DNA of 64,000 nt from assembly GCA_039831155.1 (NCBI GenBank), contig JBDONT010000029.1, forward strand, positions 529 through 64,528, written 5' to 3'. The translations under genes were made by a program, and so were the position numbers. The notes under the pieces were generated by a model. That model was not told the DNA's origin. It ran no database searches and saw nothing but the letters and a program-made list of their open reading frames with translations. This document shows, piece after piece, positions 1 to 10,980 of this stretch; the stretch's first letter is position 1, and each line of letters begins with the position of its first letter. This stretch comes from Nautiliaceae bacterium. Its GTDB lineage: Bacteria > Campylobacterota > Campylobacteria > Campylobacterales > Nautiliaceae.

Positions 1-919
1 AAGCAAGCCTATCTTGGTTCTCTTTCAAAGAGCATAAATTTTCACTAAGCTCTCTTGGAAGCATAGGTACCGATTTATGAGGAAAATAGATACTAAATCC
101 TCTCTCTTTGGCTTCTCTGTCTATATTTGAATTTAAAAACACATACTCGCTTACATCGGCAATAGCTACGTAAAGTTCGTTTTTTTCTTTATCGAAATAG
201 ATAGCGTCATCGTGGTCTTTAGCAGTTGGTGGGTCTATGGTACAAAAAGCCAAATAGGTTAAATCCACTCTATTAGGATAATACTCTTTTTCAACATAAT
301 CCCCGTACGCTTTGGCTTCTGCAATAGCCTTTTTACTAAACTCTTCTTTTTTATTGTATAAAGCCAAAGAAATTTTATCATCAACCCACGGGTCGTCCAA
401 TACTCCAAGTACCTCAACTATTTTATTCGTATAGTTATCCACTTTAAATACGGCACCTTCCGGAAGCTTTTTTAAAGTCTTTTTCTTTTCTACCACATAT
501 ACTTCAAGATTTGTCTTTATATTTCTTAAAACCGGAACTTTTTTATTGTTTTTGTATTCAAACGTCAAATAAACAACACTTACCCTAAAGGCTTTTTCCA
601 AAATATAAATAACTTTAGCTTTTGGTCTCCCGCTTTTATTAAAAAGTCTTTGGGCTACCACTAAATCCCCGTTCCCCGCTCCGTTTAAATGGTGGGATTC
701 TATTAAATAATCTTTTTCTTTAACACCCAAAGGGATTAAAAAACCAAATCCCTTTTTGGTTAAATCAACTTTTCCTATTCTGTATTTTGATTTTAATTTA
801 ATTATTTTAGAATCGCTCACAACTCCTAACGCAATTAAATCGTTAACAATATCTCTTTTATCTCTTGGGATATCTTTAGAAGCTATCCCCATTACTAATT
901 TATACGCAAATTCTTTCAA
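1..919 (-). CDS. rnr: Ribonuclease R (RNB family), 5' part; runs off the window start
   Basis: Manual translation of the minus strand: TTG start at 919 after an AAGGA SD, in frame with FCTIDPPTAKDHDDAIYFD, the RNase II/R catalytic motif. Not in the ORF track because it is truncated. Confidence 0.9.
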   Translation of the reverse strand, partial: MKEFAYKLVMGIASKDIPRDKRDIVNDLIALGVVSDSKIIKLKSKYRIGKVDLTKKGFGFLIPLGVKEKDYLIESHHLNGAGNGDLVVAQRLFNKSGRPKAKVIYILEKAFRVSVVYLTFEYKNNKKVPVLRNIKTNLEVYVVEKKKTLKKLPEGAVFKVDNYTNKIVEVLGVLDDPWVDDKISLALYNKKEEFSKKAIAEAKAYGDYVEKEYYPNRVDLTYLAFCTIDPPTAKDHDDAIYFDKEKNELYVAIADVSEYVFLNSNIDREAKERGFSIYFPHKSVPMLPRELSENLCSLKENQDRLA

Positions 920-921
920 TT

Positions 922-1713
922 TTATCCTTTTACTATTTCAACAGCCAATTCCAACGCCTCAATATTCAAAGAATATTTCTTAGCTACTTCAAACGCTTTT
1001 TGCTCATATTCTTTATCAAAAGGTTTTAACATATCGACTAAAAGTCTTAAAACCCACAATGCCGCACTTTCAACTTCATAAGGAGCTTTTGGTGAATAGA
1101 TATTTTTTAAAGAATCAACCAAATCCTCACTAAAATTCCAGTGCTTAAATATTTCAGCCGTAACCTCAACCGTAGTCGCCCCTACAAATTCTCTTTCCAG
1201 TTCGTCTCTATCTTCTCCGGCTTCCAATCTTCGTCTAAAGTTTTCACTTTCATTTTCATTATTCAGTACCAACGAAATAATAACGGCACCTATTTCCATT
1301 AAAAACGAATTAGTACCCAAAATATCCAACCTTCTTAAATCTTTTCTAAACCAGTTAAAAGCTATTGCGTTTCTTTTAGAAGAAATATCCTGAAACCGCC
1401 CCGAACTAATTCCGTATGCACTTAAATCGAATTTAAGTGAATTTCTAACTGCAAATGAAATTGCAAAACCTTTCACGGTATTTTTTCCGAATAAAGAGAC
1501 TGCAAGTTCAACACTGTTTATCTTTCTTCTAAATCCGTAAAGAGGCGAGTTTGCGGCTTTTAAAAGATTCGCTTTTAACATAGGGTCGGATTCTATAATA
1601 GGCACTAAATCAGCCCAAGAAGAGTCCGGGTCACTTGCTATTTTTTTAATTTTAATCACACTTTCAGGTAAAGGTGGTAAAAGTTTTATTTGTTCGAAAA
1701 TTTTTTCATTCAT
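922..1713 (-). CDS. HDOD domain protein
   Basis: LPPLPES...IESDPMLKANLLKAANSPLYG...SVELAVSLFG is the HDOD signature. Confidence 0.85.
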   Translation of the reverse strand: MNEKIFEQIKLLPPLPESVIKIKKIASDPDSSWADLVPIIESDPMLKANLLKAANSPLYGFRRKINSVELAVSLFGKNTVKGFAISFAVRNSLKFDLSAYGISSGRFQDISSKRNAIAFNWFRKDLRRLDILGTNSFLMEIGAVIISLVLNNENESENFRRRLEAGEDRDELEREFVGATTVEVTAEIFKHWNFSEDLVDSLKNIYSPKAPYEVESAALWVLRLLVDMLKPFDKEYEQKAFEVAKKYSLNIEALELAVEIVKG

Positions 1714-2437
1714 CTAAACTCCTTAGTAATTTATTTATTTCGTCATTATACCCATAATCGTTTAAATATATATTTAAAACTTCTTTAGCTTTCGCTTTAT
1801 TTTTCTTTTTTATTAAAATTAAAGCAAACATTTTCCAACTTTCATAATTGGAAGGATTAATACTATTAGCTTTTAACGCCCATTCTTTAGCGGCTTCCAA
1901 ATTGTTATGATTATAATAATAATTAGAAATTAACATCGCCATATCGAATTGAGGTTTTTTATTAAATTTTTTAATAAAATCTTTAACGTTAATTTCCGTT
2001 TCTTTAATCACATAAATAGGTTTCGGTATAGGAAGAGTATTATATTTTATTTTTTCTTTTTTTTCACTACTTTTTTTAGATTTTTTATTATTATCTATTT
2101 TTTTTATTTTTTTTCGTACTTCATCATCTTTTATATTAGGCACATCAAAAGAAATTTCCAAAGGCTCTTTTTTAATTTTTTTTCCGTTATTTTTTTCCGT
2201 TTTATTTAAATCGTCAATCTTTTTATTAATCTTAAGAGTCTTATTAATATCCTCTTTTTTACTAGTGTTATTTTCTATATTTCGTTCCAAAGAAGCCGTA
2301 TTAGGAATTTTACATAATAGTTTATTTTTTAAAACAACACCCCCTATTATACATAATATTAAAATAATCGTAATGCTTAAAACTTTAATAGTCTTTTTTT
2401 TATAATATAATTTTTCCAACTCTTCATATCTATGCAT
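1706..2437 (-). CDS. CtsX/MshN-like membrane-anchored protein with C-terminal TPR-like helices
   Basis: N-terminal TM, Lys-rich linker, helical C-terminus (AKEWALKANSINP); position after the ATPase matches the C. jejuni ctsD-ctsP-ctsX order. Confidence 0.6.
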   Translation of the reverse strand: MHRYEELEKLYYKKKTIKVLSITIILILCIIGGVVLKNKLLCKIPNTASLERNIENNTSKKEDINKTLKINKKIDDLNKTEKNNGKKIKKEPLEISFDVPNIKDDEVRKKIKKIDNNKKSKKSSEKKEKIKYNTLPIPKPIYVIKETEINVKDFIKKFNKKPQFDMAMLISNYYYNHNNLEAAKEWALKANSINPSNYESWKMFALILIKKKNKAKAKEVLNIYLNDYGYNDEINKLLRSLDE

Positions 2438-3167
2438 AAATCTCCTTAAGGTCCATATGAGCCATTTCTATATATTTATTGGAAATATAATCAAAATTTC
2501 TGCTCGGGTCTTTTTTTGCAAAGTAGTCTATTATATCAAAAACTTTAAACATAAGTTGATTTGTCGCTCGTAAAGAACCTTTTGTGTATTTGTAAATAAG
2601 CTTATAATTTTTAGGTTTTAGCATTTCTGCGATATCTATTAAATTGGATTTCAAAAGCTTTGTTTTAATAAAACTTTCAATTTCATCTCTTGTAGCTTTA
2701 TCTACTTTTAAAATATAATTAACTCTCGTTTCGAAATGTTTTTTTTCCATTAGTTTTTTTATGTCTATATCGTGAGTTGCAAAAACTAAAGTAATATTTC
2801 CTTTATCGGCATAAATTCTTAGATTTTCAAAAGTGTCTTCGGAAAGAAGTTGGGCCTCATCAAGTAAAAATATTTGATAATCGTCAAATTTTATATGTTT
2901 TAACATTTCTAAAATAGAATTAATCTCTAAATAAGGATTAGAAATATAAAACACTTTTTCCTTATCTTTTAATTCGTTAAATACCGATTTTAATATCATA
3001 CTTTTACCGCTTCCCGCTTCACCACTTATAAAAATCATCTTCTCGTGCTGCTTTAAAGCTTGCAGTAAATCTGCTTTTGTCTTTTCTACGGAAGCAATAG
3101 GAACATAGTAATTTAAATCCACCACATCCCTAAAAACTTCCTTAGCTTTAGCGAACTTTGTTTCCAA
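2430..3167 (-). CDS. CtsP/MshM(ExeA)-like AAA ATPase
   Basis: Walker A GEAGSGKS, Walker B FLLDEAQ; lies directly after the secretin. Confidence 0.8.
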   Translation of the reverse strand: METKFAKAKEVFRDVVDLNYYVPIASVEKTKADLLQALKQHEKMIFISGEAGSGKSMILKSVFNELKDKEKVFYISNPYLEINSILEMLKHIKFDDYQIFLLDEAQLLSEDTFENLRIYADKGNITLVFATHDIDIKKLMEKKHFETRVNYILKVDKATRDEIESFIKTKLLKSNLIDIAEMLKPKNYKLIYKYTKGSLRATNQLMFKVFDIIDYFAKKDPSRNFDYISNKYIEMAHMDLKEIYA

Positions 3168-4494
3168 AACCTAAATCCCTTAATGTTTTCTTTTTATTTA
3201 AATTTATTATATGTGGTGTAATTACGAACACCAACTCTTTTTTCTCCGTTATACGTTTTTTAGATGAAAACAGATATTTTAAAATCGGAATCTCTTTTAA
3301 TACCGGAACTCCATTTACCTGTAAACTTTTTTTATTGGTAATAAGCCCACCCATAACAAGAGTTTGATTATCTTTTAATTTTACAACCGTTAACATAGTA
3401 TTATCCGTTACATCCGGTGGCATATCTCTGTTTGCCGTATTTAATTGAGTCTGGTCTCTAAAATCACTGATTCTTGGAGCGATACTTAAAATAATCTTTC
3501 CATTATCACTTATTTGAGGAGTAATATCAAGCACAAAACCTACGAATTGAGACCCTATTGTGTATTGGGTATTAGGATTACCGTTTGAATCGGTAGTAAC
3601 TTTTGAAGCATATTTATAATAAATCGTACTACCTACGCTGATAATAGCTTTTTGATTATTAAGAGCTACTATTTTAGGATTGGAAATAGCGTTTACGTTC
3701 CCGTTTTGAGCCAAGAAATTCAAAAGTCCGGAAATATTAAACGTAGCAGAACTGAATACCGTTTGAGCTCCTCCTATATAAGTTCCTTTTAAAGGTACGT
3801 TTGTTCTGTTTAAACTAACAGACAGCTGACTCCAGTCAATTCCTGTTTGATGAGAATCTGTTAAATCAACAGAATAGATTTTTACATCTATTAAAACCTC
3901 TTTTGTCAATCTATGCTGAAGAGTTTCTATATATTTATCGATTTCATCTATCTGTTTTTTTGTACCTGTTACGGTAATTAAACCTACCGATTTATCCACA
4001 ATAGGAGGCTTAAAAGAATTCGAAGTATTTTGTAAAATAGTTACAATATTTTTTTGAACGTTATCCCAAAAATCAAAAGTATATTCGTTTTTTATTTTAC
4101 TATTCGTCGCATCAAGATTAGATTCTCCGACTCTATTACTAGAGATGAAATTAAGTTTATAAGTTTTCGTTTTAAAATAACTTATCTCCAACGTATCGTC
4201 TTTTAAAGTATAAAAAAGACCTCTTTTAGAAAGAATTAAATCCAAAATCTGATTTAAAGTATAATTTTTAACCCTTAAAAAAGGCATTTTATCTTTTACC
4301 AAGTTTCTAGATTCTGTATCATTATAAACAATATTAATGTTACATTTTTGAGTAACCAAAAGATTTAAAAACTGTTCAATAGTTAATCTACTTTGAGGAT
4401 TAATACTGTTTGAATAAGTAAACAACTTATTATTACACATATTTTGAGCCATTAAGCCCACTACAAATAACACCATAAACATTAATTTTCTCAT
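3148..4494 (-). CDS. Secretin (CtsD/MshL/PilQ type)
   Basis: VLIDVKIYSV...GIDW, ISNPKIVALNNQKAIISVG, LVMGGLI, VPVLKEIPILKYLF, KKELVFVITP secretin motifs. Confidence 0.9.
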   Translation of the reverse strand: MRKLMFMVLFVVGLMAQNMCNNKLFTYSNSINPQSRLTIEQFLNLLVTQKCNINIVYNDTESRNLVKDKMPFLRVKNYTLNQILDLILSKRGLFYTLKDDTLEISYFKTKTYKLNFISSNRVGESNLDATNSKIKNEYTFDFWDNVQKNIVTILQNTSNSFKPPIVDKSVGLITVTGTKKQIDEIDKYIETLQHRLTKEVLIDVKIYSVDLTDSHQTGIDWSQLSVSLNRTNVPLKGTYIGGAQTVFSSATFNISGLLNFLAQNGNVNAISNPKIVALNNQKAIISVGSTIYYKYASKVTTDSNGNPNTQYTIGSQFVGFVLDITPQISDNGKIILSIAPRISDFRDQTQLNTANRDMPPDVTDNTMLTVVKLKDNQTLVMGGLITNKKSLQVNGVPVLKEIPILKYLFSSKKRITEKKELVFVITPHIINLNKKKTLRDLGFGNKVR

Positions 4495-4946
4495 TTTGAA
4501 TCCCTTAATTGCGGTATTTTTTGATTTATTGTCTTAAACAACATTTTTTTAGAATTAGCACATTTGAAAATTGCATCAGTAGAAGTTAATTTTATTAGCG
4601 TACAATCATAGATTTTATCATTAAGTCCTATCCATTTTTTAACACTTCCCACCAACTGAGCTCCTAAATATTCATCTATTTTTATAAACGCTTTATTCAT
4701 AAAGATAGAAATTAACGTAATTTTTACACTTTTTTTAACCGGAACCCTTTTTGTATTTACAACTTTTTTATTAATAGAATTTTCATAAAAAGGACTTTTG
4801 ACATCCTCTAACTTATCTATTTTAAAACTATAATTAATAACTTTATTAGTATATTCCAAATACAAATCTTTTTGAGTTTTATTATCAGTCGCACATAAAG
4901 CGACTCCCAATATTCCCGTTAATAAAATAATTTTTACTCTTTTCAT
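4491..4946 (-). CDS. Exported pilus-assembly accessory protein (PilP-like position)
   Basis: Signal peptide; coupled between the PilO-like gene and the secretin. Confidence 0.45.
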   Translation of the reverse strand: MKRVKIILLTGILGVALCATDNKTQKDLYLEYTNKVINYSFKIDKLEDVKSPFYENSINKKVVNTKRVPVKKSVKITLISIFMNKAFIKIDEYLGAQLVGSVKKWIGLNDKIYDCTLIKLTSTDAIFKCANSKKMLFKTINQKIPQLRDSK

Positions 4947-5557
4947 TTTTCATACCCATATAATACGAATTTTATTACATAGTCTTTATTACTATTAATA
5001 TCAAGAGACTCTATTCTTAATAAATCTTTTATATTCTCATACTTATACATAAGATATAATAAATTTTTATATTCTCCGCTAACACGTAAAGAAATTTCCA
5101 TCTTTTTATTAATCAAGCCTTTGTTATTACTAAAAACTTCATTGGTAAATCCGTTTACTTTTAATCCTTCTTTCTTAGCGTTAACAACTAAATTTTTTAC
5201 AAACTCTCCCCATTTTTTTTGATTAAACACAACAAAACTTAACAATTTAGCAAGTTCGTTATAGTAATCTCTCTGCTGTTTAAGTGCGGCTTTTTCCAAT
5301 ACCAAATTTTTAATTTCTTTATTTAAAACTACTATTTTTTCACTTAATTTTCTTTTTTCTTCGGTTAATTGTTTCAATTCTATAGCCATTCTTTTATCTT
5401 TTTTATACTCATGGCCTCTATAGTGTTTAGCACTAGGCATAATAAAATAAAATCCGATAAAAGCTATCAACGCTACAACCAAAGCATAAATAACCATCGT
5501 TTCTTTTTCATCTTTCGAGTAAAAAAACTCGTCAATTTGATTAATTAACTCTTTCAT
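4943..5557 (-). CDS. PilO-like alignment protein
   Basis: TM + coiled coil + ISLRVSGEYKNLLYLMYKYENIKDLLRIESLDI, a PilO-like ferredoxin fold. Confidence 0.65.
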   Translation of the reverse strand: MKELINQIDEFFYSKDEKETMVIYALVVALIAFIGFYFIMPSAKHYRGHEYKKDKRMAIELKQLTEEKRKLSEKIVVLNKEIKNLVLEKAALKQQRDYYNELAKLLSFVVFNQKKWGEFVKNLVVNAKKEGLKVNGFTNEVFSNNKGLINKKMEISLRVSGEYKNLLYLMYKYENIKDLLRIESLDINSNKDYVIKFVLYGYEK

Positions 5558-7275
5558 TCTTTTATCCTAATAATGGCTTTATATTTATTATTTTCATATA
5601 TAACTCCCGGCGTATCAACTTTAAACCCGCTATTAACCAAATCGTCAATTAATGCCGGAATTTTAGTATCTTTAAAAGCGAATACACGCAATACGAATCC
5701 TTTAAAACTCTCTTCGCTCACATCTTTTTTCTTTTTGTTATAAACGCTGTTTTGCACCATATTATCAACAGCATAAGTTAATTTATCCAAATAAACTTTA
5801 TTTTTATTTAAAAGTAAAGTAATATCCGTTAATTCGGAAGATTTAGGAATATAAGAATACTTAAATTCGTACACGTTTTTGATTAGTTCTTTTTTTAATT
5901 TAATATCTTCGGTATATTGTTTCCTATCTTGAATTATCTTTTTCTTTCTAGCCTCTAAAACTCTGATTTTTATGTTTAAATTATTATTGATATATTGTAA
6001 GCTTTTTACTTTTTCGGATAATATTTTATTTTTTCTTTCATAAGATAATCCGTTTAAATAAAGATACAAAGGATAAATAGCGGTTAATAAAATCGAACCG
6101 AAAGTAATTAAAAAAAGCCTACCGCTCGGCCTGTAAAAAAATGTAGGTTTTCTTAGAAAAAGAGAAAAGTTATAATCTTGATTACCGTTTTTATATGCGT
6201 TATGAGCCTCCAACATCCCTAAAAACAAAAAAGGATTTACCGACAATCTATCCAAATTATACTCTTCATAAAACTCAAAACCGAACGTATCTACATTTAT
6301 CAATTGTTTAATATACTCTTGTAAACCGTCTATATTACCGTATTCGGAAATAACAAACACCCTTTCAACTTGAGAAATGTTATATTTTTGAGTTACTTTA
6401 TCTATTTGAGAATTAATAATATTAACTAAAGACAAAAACTCTTCTTTTATAATATCCAAGACTTTCTTTTCGTTTTTCCCATACTTTAAAGAATTCACCC
6501 CTTTTTTAGTTAAAAGCCTCTCGAACATCTCCGGTCCGAAGTCTTTAATTTTTAATTTTTCCAAAGCTTGATAAATTTTATCAAGCCCTCCGCTTACTGT
6601 TAAAATACTTAAAAGTTCTCCGTTTTCATAAAAAGTTAAAAAGACTTTATCATATAAAAACACTACAAAAACGTCATTCGCTTTTTTTATAATTTTTTCT
6701 TCATATAAAGCTTTATAAGCGAATGCCGGAAAGGAGATATAATCTATATATCCCGCTTCTTCCAATAAATCTTTATAACCGTTTTGAATAAATCCCACCG
6801 GTACGATAATAATCTCGATAGTAACAATTTTTTCATCTTTCATAGAGTCGATAATTTTGTATTTAATCAAATACTCTTCCGTTTCATCAACCCCGGCTTC
6901 TTCGTAAACTTTAGTTTCTATAAAATTATTTAAATCAACTTTTTCTATTACGCTTTTTTCAACCTCGAAACTGTAAAAAATAGCGTGTTCTATAGGAATA
7001 TATGAAGACAATAAGGCTCTTGCGGCTAAAGAATCTCTATAGATTCTTATAAGTTTCTTTTTAGTATAAAGAATAAATCTTTCTTTTCCTTTAGCTCCTA
7101 TAACTTCATCGACATCATAATCATATTTATTAAAAAGAGAAGGCTTTAACTTTTTTAAATCAAACTCTTTTAAAGAATTCAAATTAAATTTAATCGTACC
7201 GTTTTCATTACTTTTTTGAAATTTATCTTTAATTTTACTAAAATCAAAAACTTTTTTTAAATCTATTTTTTTCAT
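5554..7275 (-). CDS. PilM-PilN-like fusion protein
   Basis: Cytoplasmic actin-like N-terminal region, one TM near aa 390, coiled coil and PilN-like C-terminus; first gene of a pilMNOPQ-like order. Confidence 0.55.
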   Translation of the reverse strand: MKKIDLKKVFDFSKIKDKFQKSNENGTIKFNLNSLKEFDLKKLKPSLFNKYDYDVDEVIGAKGKERFILYTKKKLIRIYRDSLAARALLSSYIPIEHAIFYSFEVEKSVIEKVDLNNFIETKVYEEAGVDETEEYLIKYKIIDSMKDEKIVTIEIIIVPVGFIQNGYKDLLEEAGYIDYISFPAFAYKALYEEKIIKKANDVFVVFLYDKVFLTFYENGELLSILTVSGGLDKIYQALEKLKIKDFGPEMFERLLTKKGVNSLKYGKNEKKVLDIIKEEFLSLVNIINSQIDKVTQKYNISQVERVFVISEYGNIDGLQEYIKQLINVDTFGFEFYEEYNLDRLSVNPFLFLGMLEAHNAYKNGNQDYNFSLFLRKPTFFYRPSGRLFLITFGSILLTAIYPLYLYLNGLSYERKNKILSEKVKSLQYINNNLNIKIRVLEARKKKIIQDRKQYTEDIKLKKELIKNVYEFKYSYIPKSSELTDITLLLNKNKVYLDKLTYAVDNMVQNSVYNKKKKDVSEESFKGFVLRVFAFKDTKIPALIDDLVNSGFKVDTPGVIYENNKYKAIIRIKE

Positions 7276-8153
7276 AATTCTACCTCATAGCCAAGTTCTT
7301 CAAGCATCTTTTTATTTTTAGTCCATCCTTGAACAACTTTAACATAAAGTTCAAGGTATATCTTTTTACCGCTAAACTCTTCTAAAAGTCTCCGGGCATA
7401 CATACCTATCTCTTTTATTTTTTTACCCTTTTTACCTATTATCATTCCCTTTTGGCTAGACCTTTCTACTATAATTGTAGCATATATTTTATCTAATGTT
7501 TCCCCCTCTTCCAATTTTTCAATTAATACATCCGTCTCATAAGGAAGTTCGTCTCCAAGTTTTTCAAAAAGAGCTTCCCTTATCAGTTCTTTATAAATAT
7601 CTCTTATATGTTCCGTAGAGATAATTTCCGGGTCGTAATAGTATGGATGTTCCGGTAAATACTCTACAATAGTATCTAAAAGTTCATCTTTCCCTATTCC
7701 AGCCACCGCACTAACTGCGACAACTGCAAGTGCCTTATTTAAAGATTCATACTCTTTTTTCTTATTTTCTACAAACTCTTTATCCACCAAATCTATTTTC
7801 GTTAAAACTACGATATGAGGAATGTTTTTAGTATTTAATTCCAAAAACCACTCATACCCACTCAAATCATCTATTACATCAGATAAAAAAAGCACCAAAT
7901 CACTATCACTTAAAGCCTTCAAAGCTTCTTTTAGCATAAATTTATTAAGAAGTTTCTCTTTTTCGTGAAGTCCGGGCGTATCAAGAAGAATAATTTGATG
8001 CCCTTTATGCATAATAATGGCGTTCACTCTTTTTCTGCTTGCATTGGCTTTAGGAGAAACAAGAGCTATCTTTTCTCCTAAAAGCCAGTTTAAAAGAGTC
8101 GATTTTCCGGCATTCGGTTTACCAAGTATTCCTACAAATCCACTTTTTGGCAT
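7272..8153 (-). CDS. era: GTPase Era
   Basis: GKPNAGKS, DTPG, TKID and KH domain (MIIGKKG). Confidence 0.97.
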   Translation of the reverse strand: MPKSGFVGILGKPNAGKSTLLNWLLGEKIALVSPKANASRKRVNAIIMHKGHQIILLDTPGLHEKEKLLNKFMLKEALKALSDSDLVLFLSDVIDDLSGYEWFLELNTKNIPHIVVLTKIDLVDKEFVENKKKEYESLNKALAVVAVSAVAGIGKDELLDTIVEYLPEHPYYYDPEIISTEHIRDIYKELIREALFEKLGDELPYETDVLIEKLEEGETLDKIYATIIVERSSQKGMIIGKKGKKIKEIGMYARRLLEEFSGKKIYLELYVKVVQGWTKNKKMLEELGYEVEL

Positions 8154-8161
8154 ATTTTTCC

Positions 8162-9490
8162 TTATAAAATATATTTGGTTATCTCTTCATTCTCTACTAT
8201 ATCGTCAAGTTTTGATTTAACATAAGTCTCATCAATGACAAATTCTTTACCTTTGTATTCATCCGCTTCAAAGTTTATATCTTCCAGTACTTTTTCCACT
8301 ACCGTATGAAGACGTCTAGCCCCGATGTCTTCGGTTTTTTCATTTGCCAAAAACGCATATCTCGCTATTTCTCTTAAAGCATCTTCTGTAAACACCAAAT
8401 CAACTCCCTCAACTTCAAGAAGTTTTTGATACTGCTTAATTAAAGAATGTTTCGGTCTTGTTAAAATCTGATATAAAGCTTCTTCGTCAAGACTTTGAAG
8501 CTCAACTCTTAAAGGAAACCTACCTTGAAGCTCCGGAATCAAATCACTAGGTTTACTTACGTGAAAAGCACCGGCCGCAATAAATAAAATATGGTCCGTA
8601 TTTACGTATCCGTATTTAGTGTTAACGGTTGAGCCTTCAACGATTGGAAGTAAATCTCTCTGAACTCCCTCTTTACTAGGGTCTTGTCTTTGGTTGCCCG
8701 TTGCCGCGATTTTATCTATCTCATCAATAAAAATTATTCCGTTTTCGGCTCTTTTTAAAGCCTCTTTTTTTAAATCTTCTTTGCTGATAACTTTTTCGGC
8801 GGCTTCACGTCTTAAAAGCTCTTTGGCTTCTTTTACGCTAACTTCTTTTTTTTCTTTGTTTTTATTGAAAATTCCTATAATTTTAACAATACTCTCCTGT
8901 GCTTTTATCATCTCCGGAGGCAGATTGTCATCACCTTCCGGAAGTTCTTCCACTTCAATAGTTATTTTTAAATGGTCGACTTCCCCTTTTCTTACGCGTT
9001 CTTTCATTTTTTCAAAAGAGTACTGATATTCTATCTGTTTTTGTTCCGGAGCATTTTTTGGAAGCGGTGGCAAAAGTTTTTTCGTAATCTCTTCAATTAC
9101 ATTTTCTTCAATCTGCTCTTTTGCATTCTCTTCCATTTCCGCTCTTACTAAATTCATAGAGTTATTTACCAAATCCCTAATCATAGATTCAACGTCACGT
9201 CCGACAAATCCGACTTCGGTATATTTACTGGCTTCCACTTTAACAAAAGGAAGTTTCATCATCTTAGCCATACGTCTTGCAATTTCAGTTTTACCAACAC
9301 CTGTAGGTCCTATCATAAGAATGTTTTTGGGCATAATATCATCTTGCCACTCTTTAGTAAGCTGCATTCTTCTATATCTATTTCTAAGAGCAATCGCTAT
9401 TGTTTTTTTGGCATCTTTTTGACCTACTATATACTCGTCTAAATATGCAACTATCTGCTTTGGTGTCATACTCATTCTATTCCTTTTCAA
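8162..9490 (-). CDS. hslU: ATP-dependent protease ATPase subunit HslU
   Basis: [19 protein letters not shown]-like [34 protein letters not shown]. Confidence 0.98.
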   Translation of the reverse strand: MKRNRMSMTPKQIVAYLDEYIVGQKDAKKTIAIALRNRYRRMQLTKEWQDDIMPKNILMIGPTGVGKTEIARRMAKMMKLPFVKVEASKYTEVGFVGRDVESMIRDLVNNSMNLVRAEMEENAKEQIEENVIEEITKKLLPPLPKNAPEQKQIEYQYSFEKMKERVRKGEVDHLKITIEVEELPEGDDNLPPEMIKAQESIVKIIGIFNKNKEKKEVSVKEAKELLRREAAEKVISKEDLKKEALKRAENGIIFIDEIDKIAATGNQRQDPSKEGVQRDLLPIVEGSTVNTKYGYVNTDHILFIAAGAFHVSKPSDLIPELQGRFPLRVELQSLDEEALYQILTRPKHSLIKQYQKLLEVEGVDLVFTEDALREIARYAFLANEKTEDIGARRLHTVVEKVLEDINFEADEYKGKEFVIDETYVKSKLDDIVENEEITKYIL

Positions 9491-10025
9491 GTTTTAATAT
9501 TTTTATATTGTGGTTTGTATAAATACATAAGTCGGCTGCGATATTAAGAGATTCTTTTACAAGCTCTTCCGGGGATAAATCAGAATGTTTAGCAAGAGCC
9601 CTCGCAGCGGAAATAGCGTAATTTCCGCCGCTTCCTATCGCCGCAAGTTCTCCGTCTTCGGGTTCTACGACATCTCCGTTTCCGCTTAATATAAATATAT
9701 GTTTTTGATTAAGTACAATCATCATCGCCTCAAGACGCCTAAGGTACTTATCTTTTCTCCACGCTTTCCCGAAATCTATAACGGATTTGATTAAATCCCC
9801 TTTTCTTTTTTGCAGAAAATCCTCAAACATATCAAAAAGAATAAAAGCGTCAGCCGTACTCCCTGCAAATCCGGCTAAAACCTTACCGTTGTAAAGCGTT
9901 CTGATTTTTGTCGCGTTTCCTTTTAAAACGGTATGACCAAACGTTACTTGACCGTCCCCTCCTATTACAGCTACACCGTCTTTTTTATACCCTAGTATCG
10001 TAGTGGCTTCCATATTTATCTTCAT
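9477..10025 (-). CDS. hslV: ATP-dependent protease peptidase subunit HslV
   Basis: TTILG N-terminal Thr, [23 protein letters not shown]. Confidence 0.98.
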   Translation of the reverse strand: MKINMEATTILGYKKDGVAVIGGDGQVTFGHTVLKGNATKIRTLYNGKVLAGFAGSTADAFILFDMFEDFLQKRKGDLIKSVIDFGKAWRKDKYLRRLEAMMIVLNQKHIFILSGNGDVVEPEDGELAAIGSGGNYAISAARALAKHSDLSPEELVKESLNIAADLCIYTNHNIKILKLEKE

Positions 10026-10465
10026 TATTCACCTTCTACCACTAATTTTAAATTAGCGTGAATACCATGGCCTAGTTTTACATCTACATTAAATTCACCT
10101 ACGGTTTTAATCTGTTTCATCTCTATATGTTTTTTATCTATTTCTATGCCTTGTTCTTTTAATTTTTCGGCAACTTCTTTATTTGTGATAGCACCGTAAA
10201 GTTGCCCGTTCGCACCTAGTTTATGTTTAATATGTAGTGTTATGTTTTCAATTTTTTCTTTTAATTCGTTAAGTTTTGCAAGTTCTTTTTTAAGTTCTTC
10301 TTCTTTTCTTTTTTGTTCTTCTTGCCACTCTTTTATAACTTCATCCGTAGCAAGTTTTGCATAACCTTTAGGAATTAAAAAGTTTCTTGCATATCCATCT
10401 TTTGCATTTTTAATCTCACCCGCTTTTCCTAATCCTTTTACATCTTTTATTAATAAAATTTTCAT
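10025..10465 (-). CDS. rplI: 50S ribosomal protein L9
   Basis: [16 protein letters not shown]...[21 protein letters not shown]. Confidence 0.97.
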   Translation of the reverse strand: MKILLIKDVKGLGKAGEIKNAKDGYARNFLIPKGYAKLATDEVIKEWQEEQKRKEEELKKELAKLNELKEKIENITLHIKHKLGANGQLYGAITNKEVAEKLKEQGIEIDKKHIEMKQIKTVGEFNVDVKLGHGIHANLKLVVEGE

Positions 10466-10557
10466 AAATTTCCTTTTTTTTTATTTGCATTTTACTAAAT
10501 TTTCGTTAAAATAGCAAAAAAGTCATTTTCTCATCACTAATTTGACAAAGGTAAAAC

Positions 10558-10980
10558 ATGAAACCAACTCCTATAAACGAAGAAGTTACGTTCAAAGACG
10601 TCGGAGTAAAAAATCGCCCTGTAATAAGTAAAACGGATTTAAAAGGCATTATTACTTTCGTAAATTCAGCTTTCTGTAAATTAGCCGGTTATTCAAAAGA
10701 AGAATTAATAGGTCAACCTCACAATATAGTCAGACATCCCGATATGCCAAAAGCGATATTCAAAGAAATGTGGAATACGATAGAAAGAGGAGAAAGTTTC
10801 AGAGGATTTATAAAAAATTTAAGAAAAGATGGTAAATACTATTGGGTGGAAGTTTTCATAGAACCGATGTTCGACGAACAAGGAGCAAAAATCGGTTATA
10901 TTTCCGCCAGAAAAGAAATTTCCGAATCAGATAAAGAAAAATATGAAAAACTATATCAAGAAATGAAAAAGGAAGAGTAA
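10558..10980 (+). CDS. Stand-alone Aer/CetB-type PAS protein
   Basis: ISKTDLKGIITFVN..FCKLAGYS.EEL.GQPHNIVRHPDMP, KNLRKDG.YYWV: the PAS_3 family of FAD-binding Aer PAS. Confidence 0.85.
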   Translation: MKPTPINEEVTFKDVGVKNRPVISKTDLKGIITFVNSAFCKLAGYSKEELIGQPHNIVRHPDMPKAIFKEMWNTIERGESFRGFIKNLRKDGKYYWVEVFIEPMFDEQGAKIGYISARKEISESDKEKYEKLYQEMKKEE

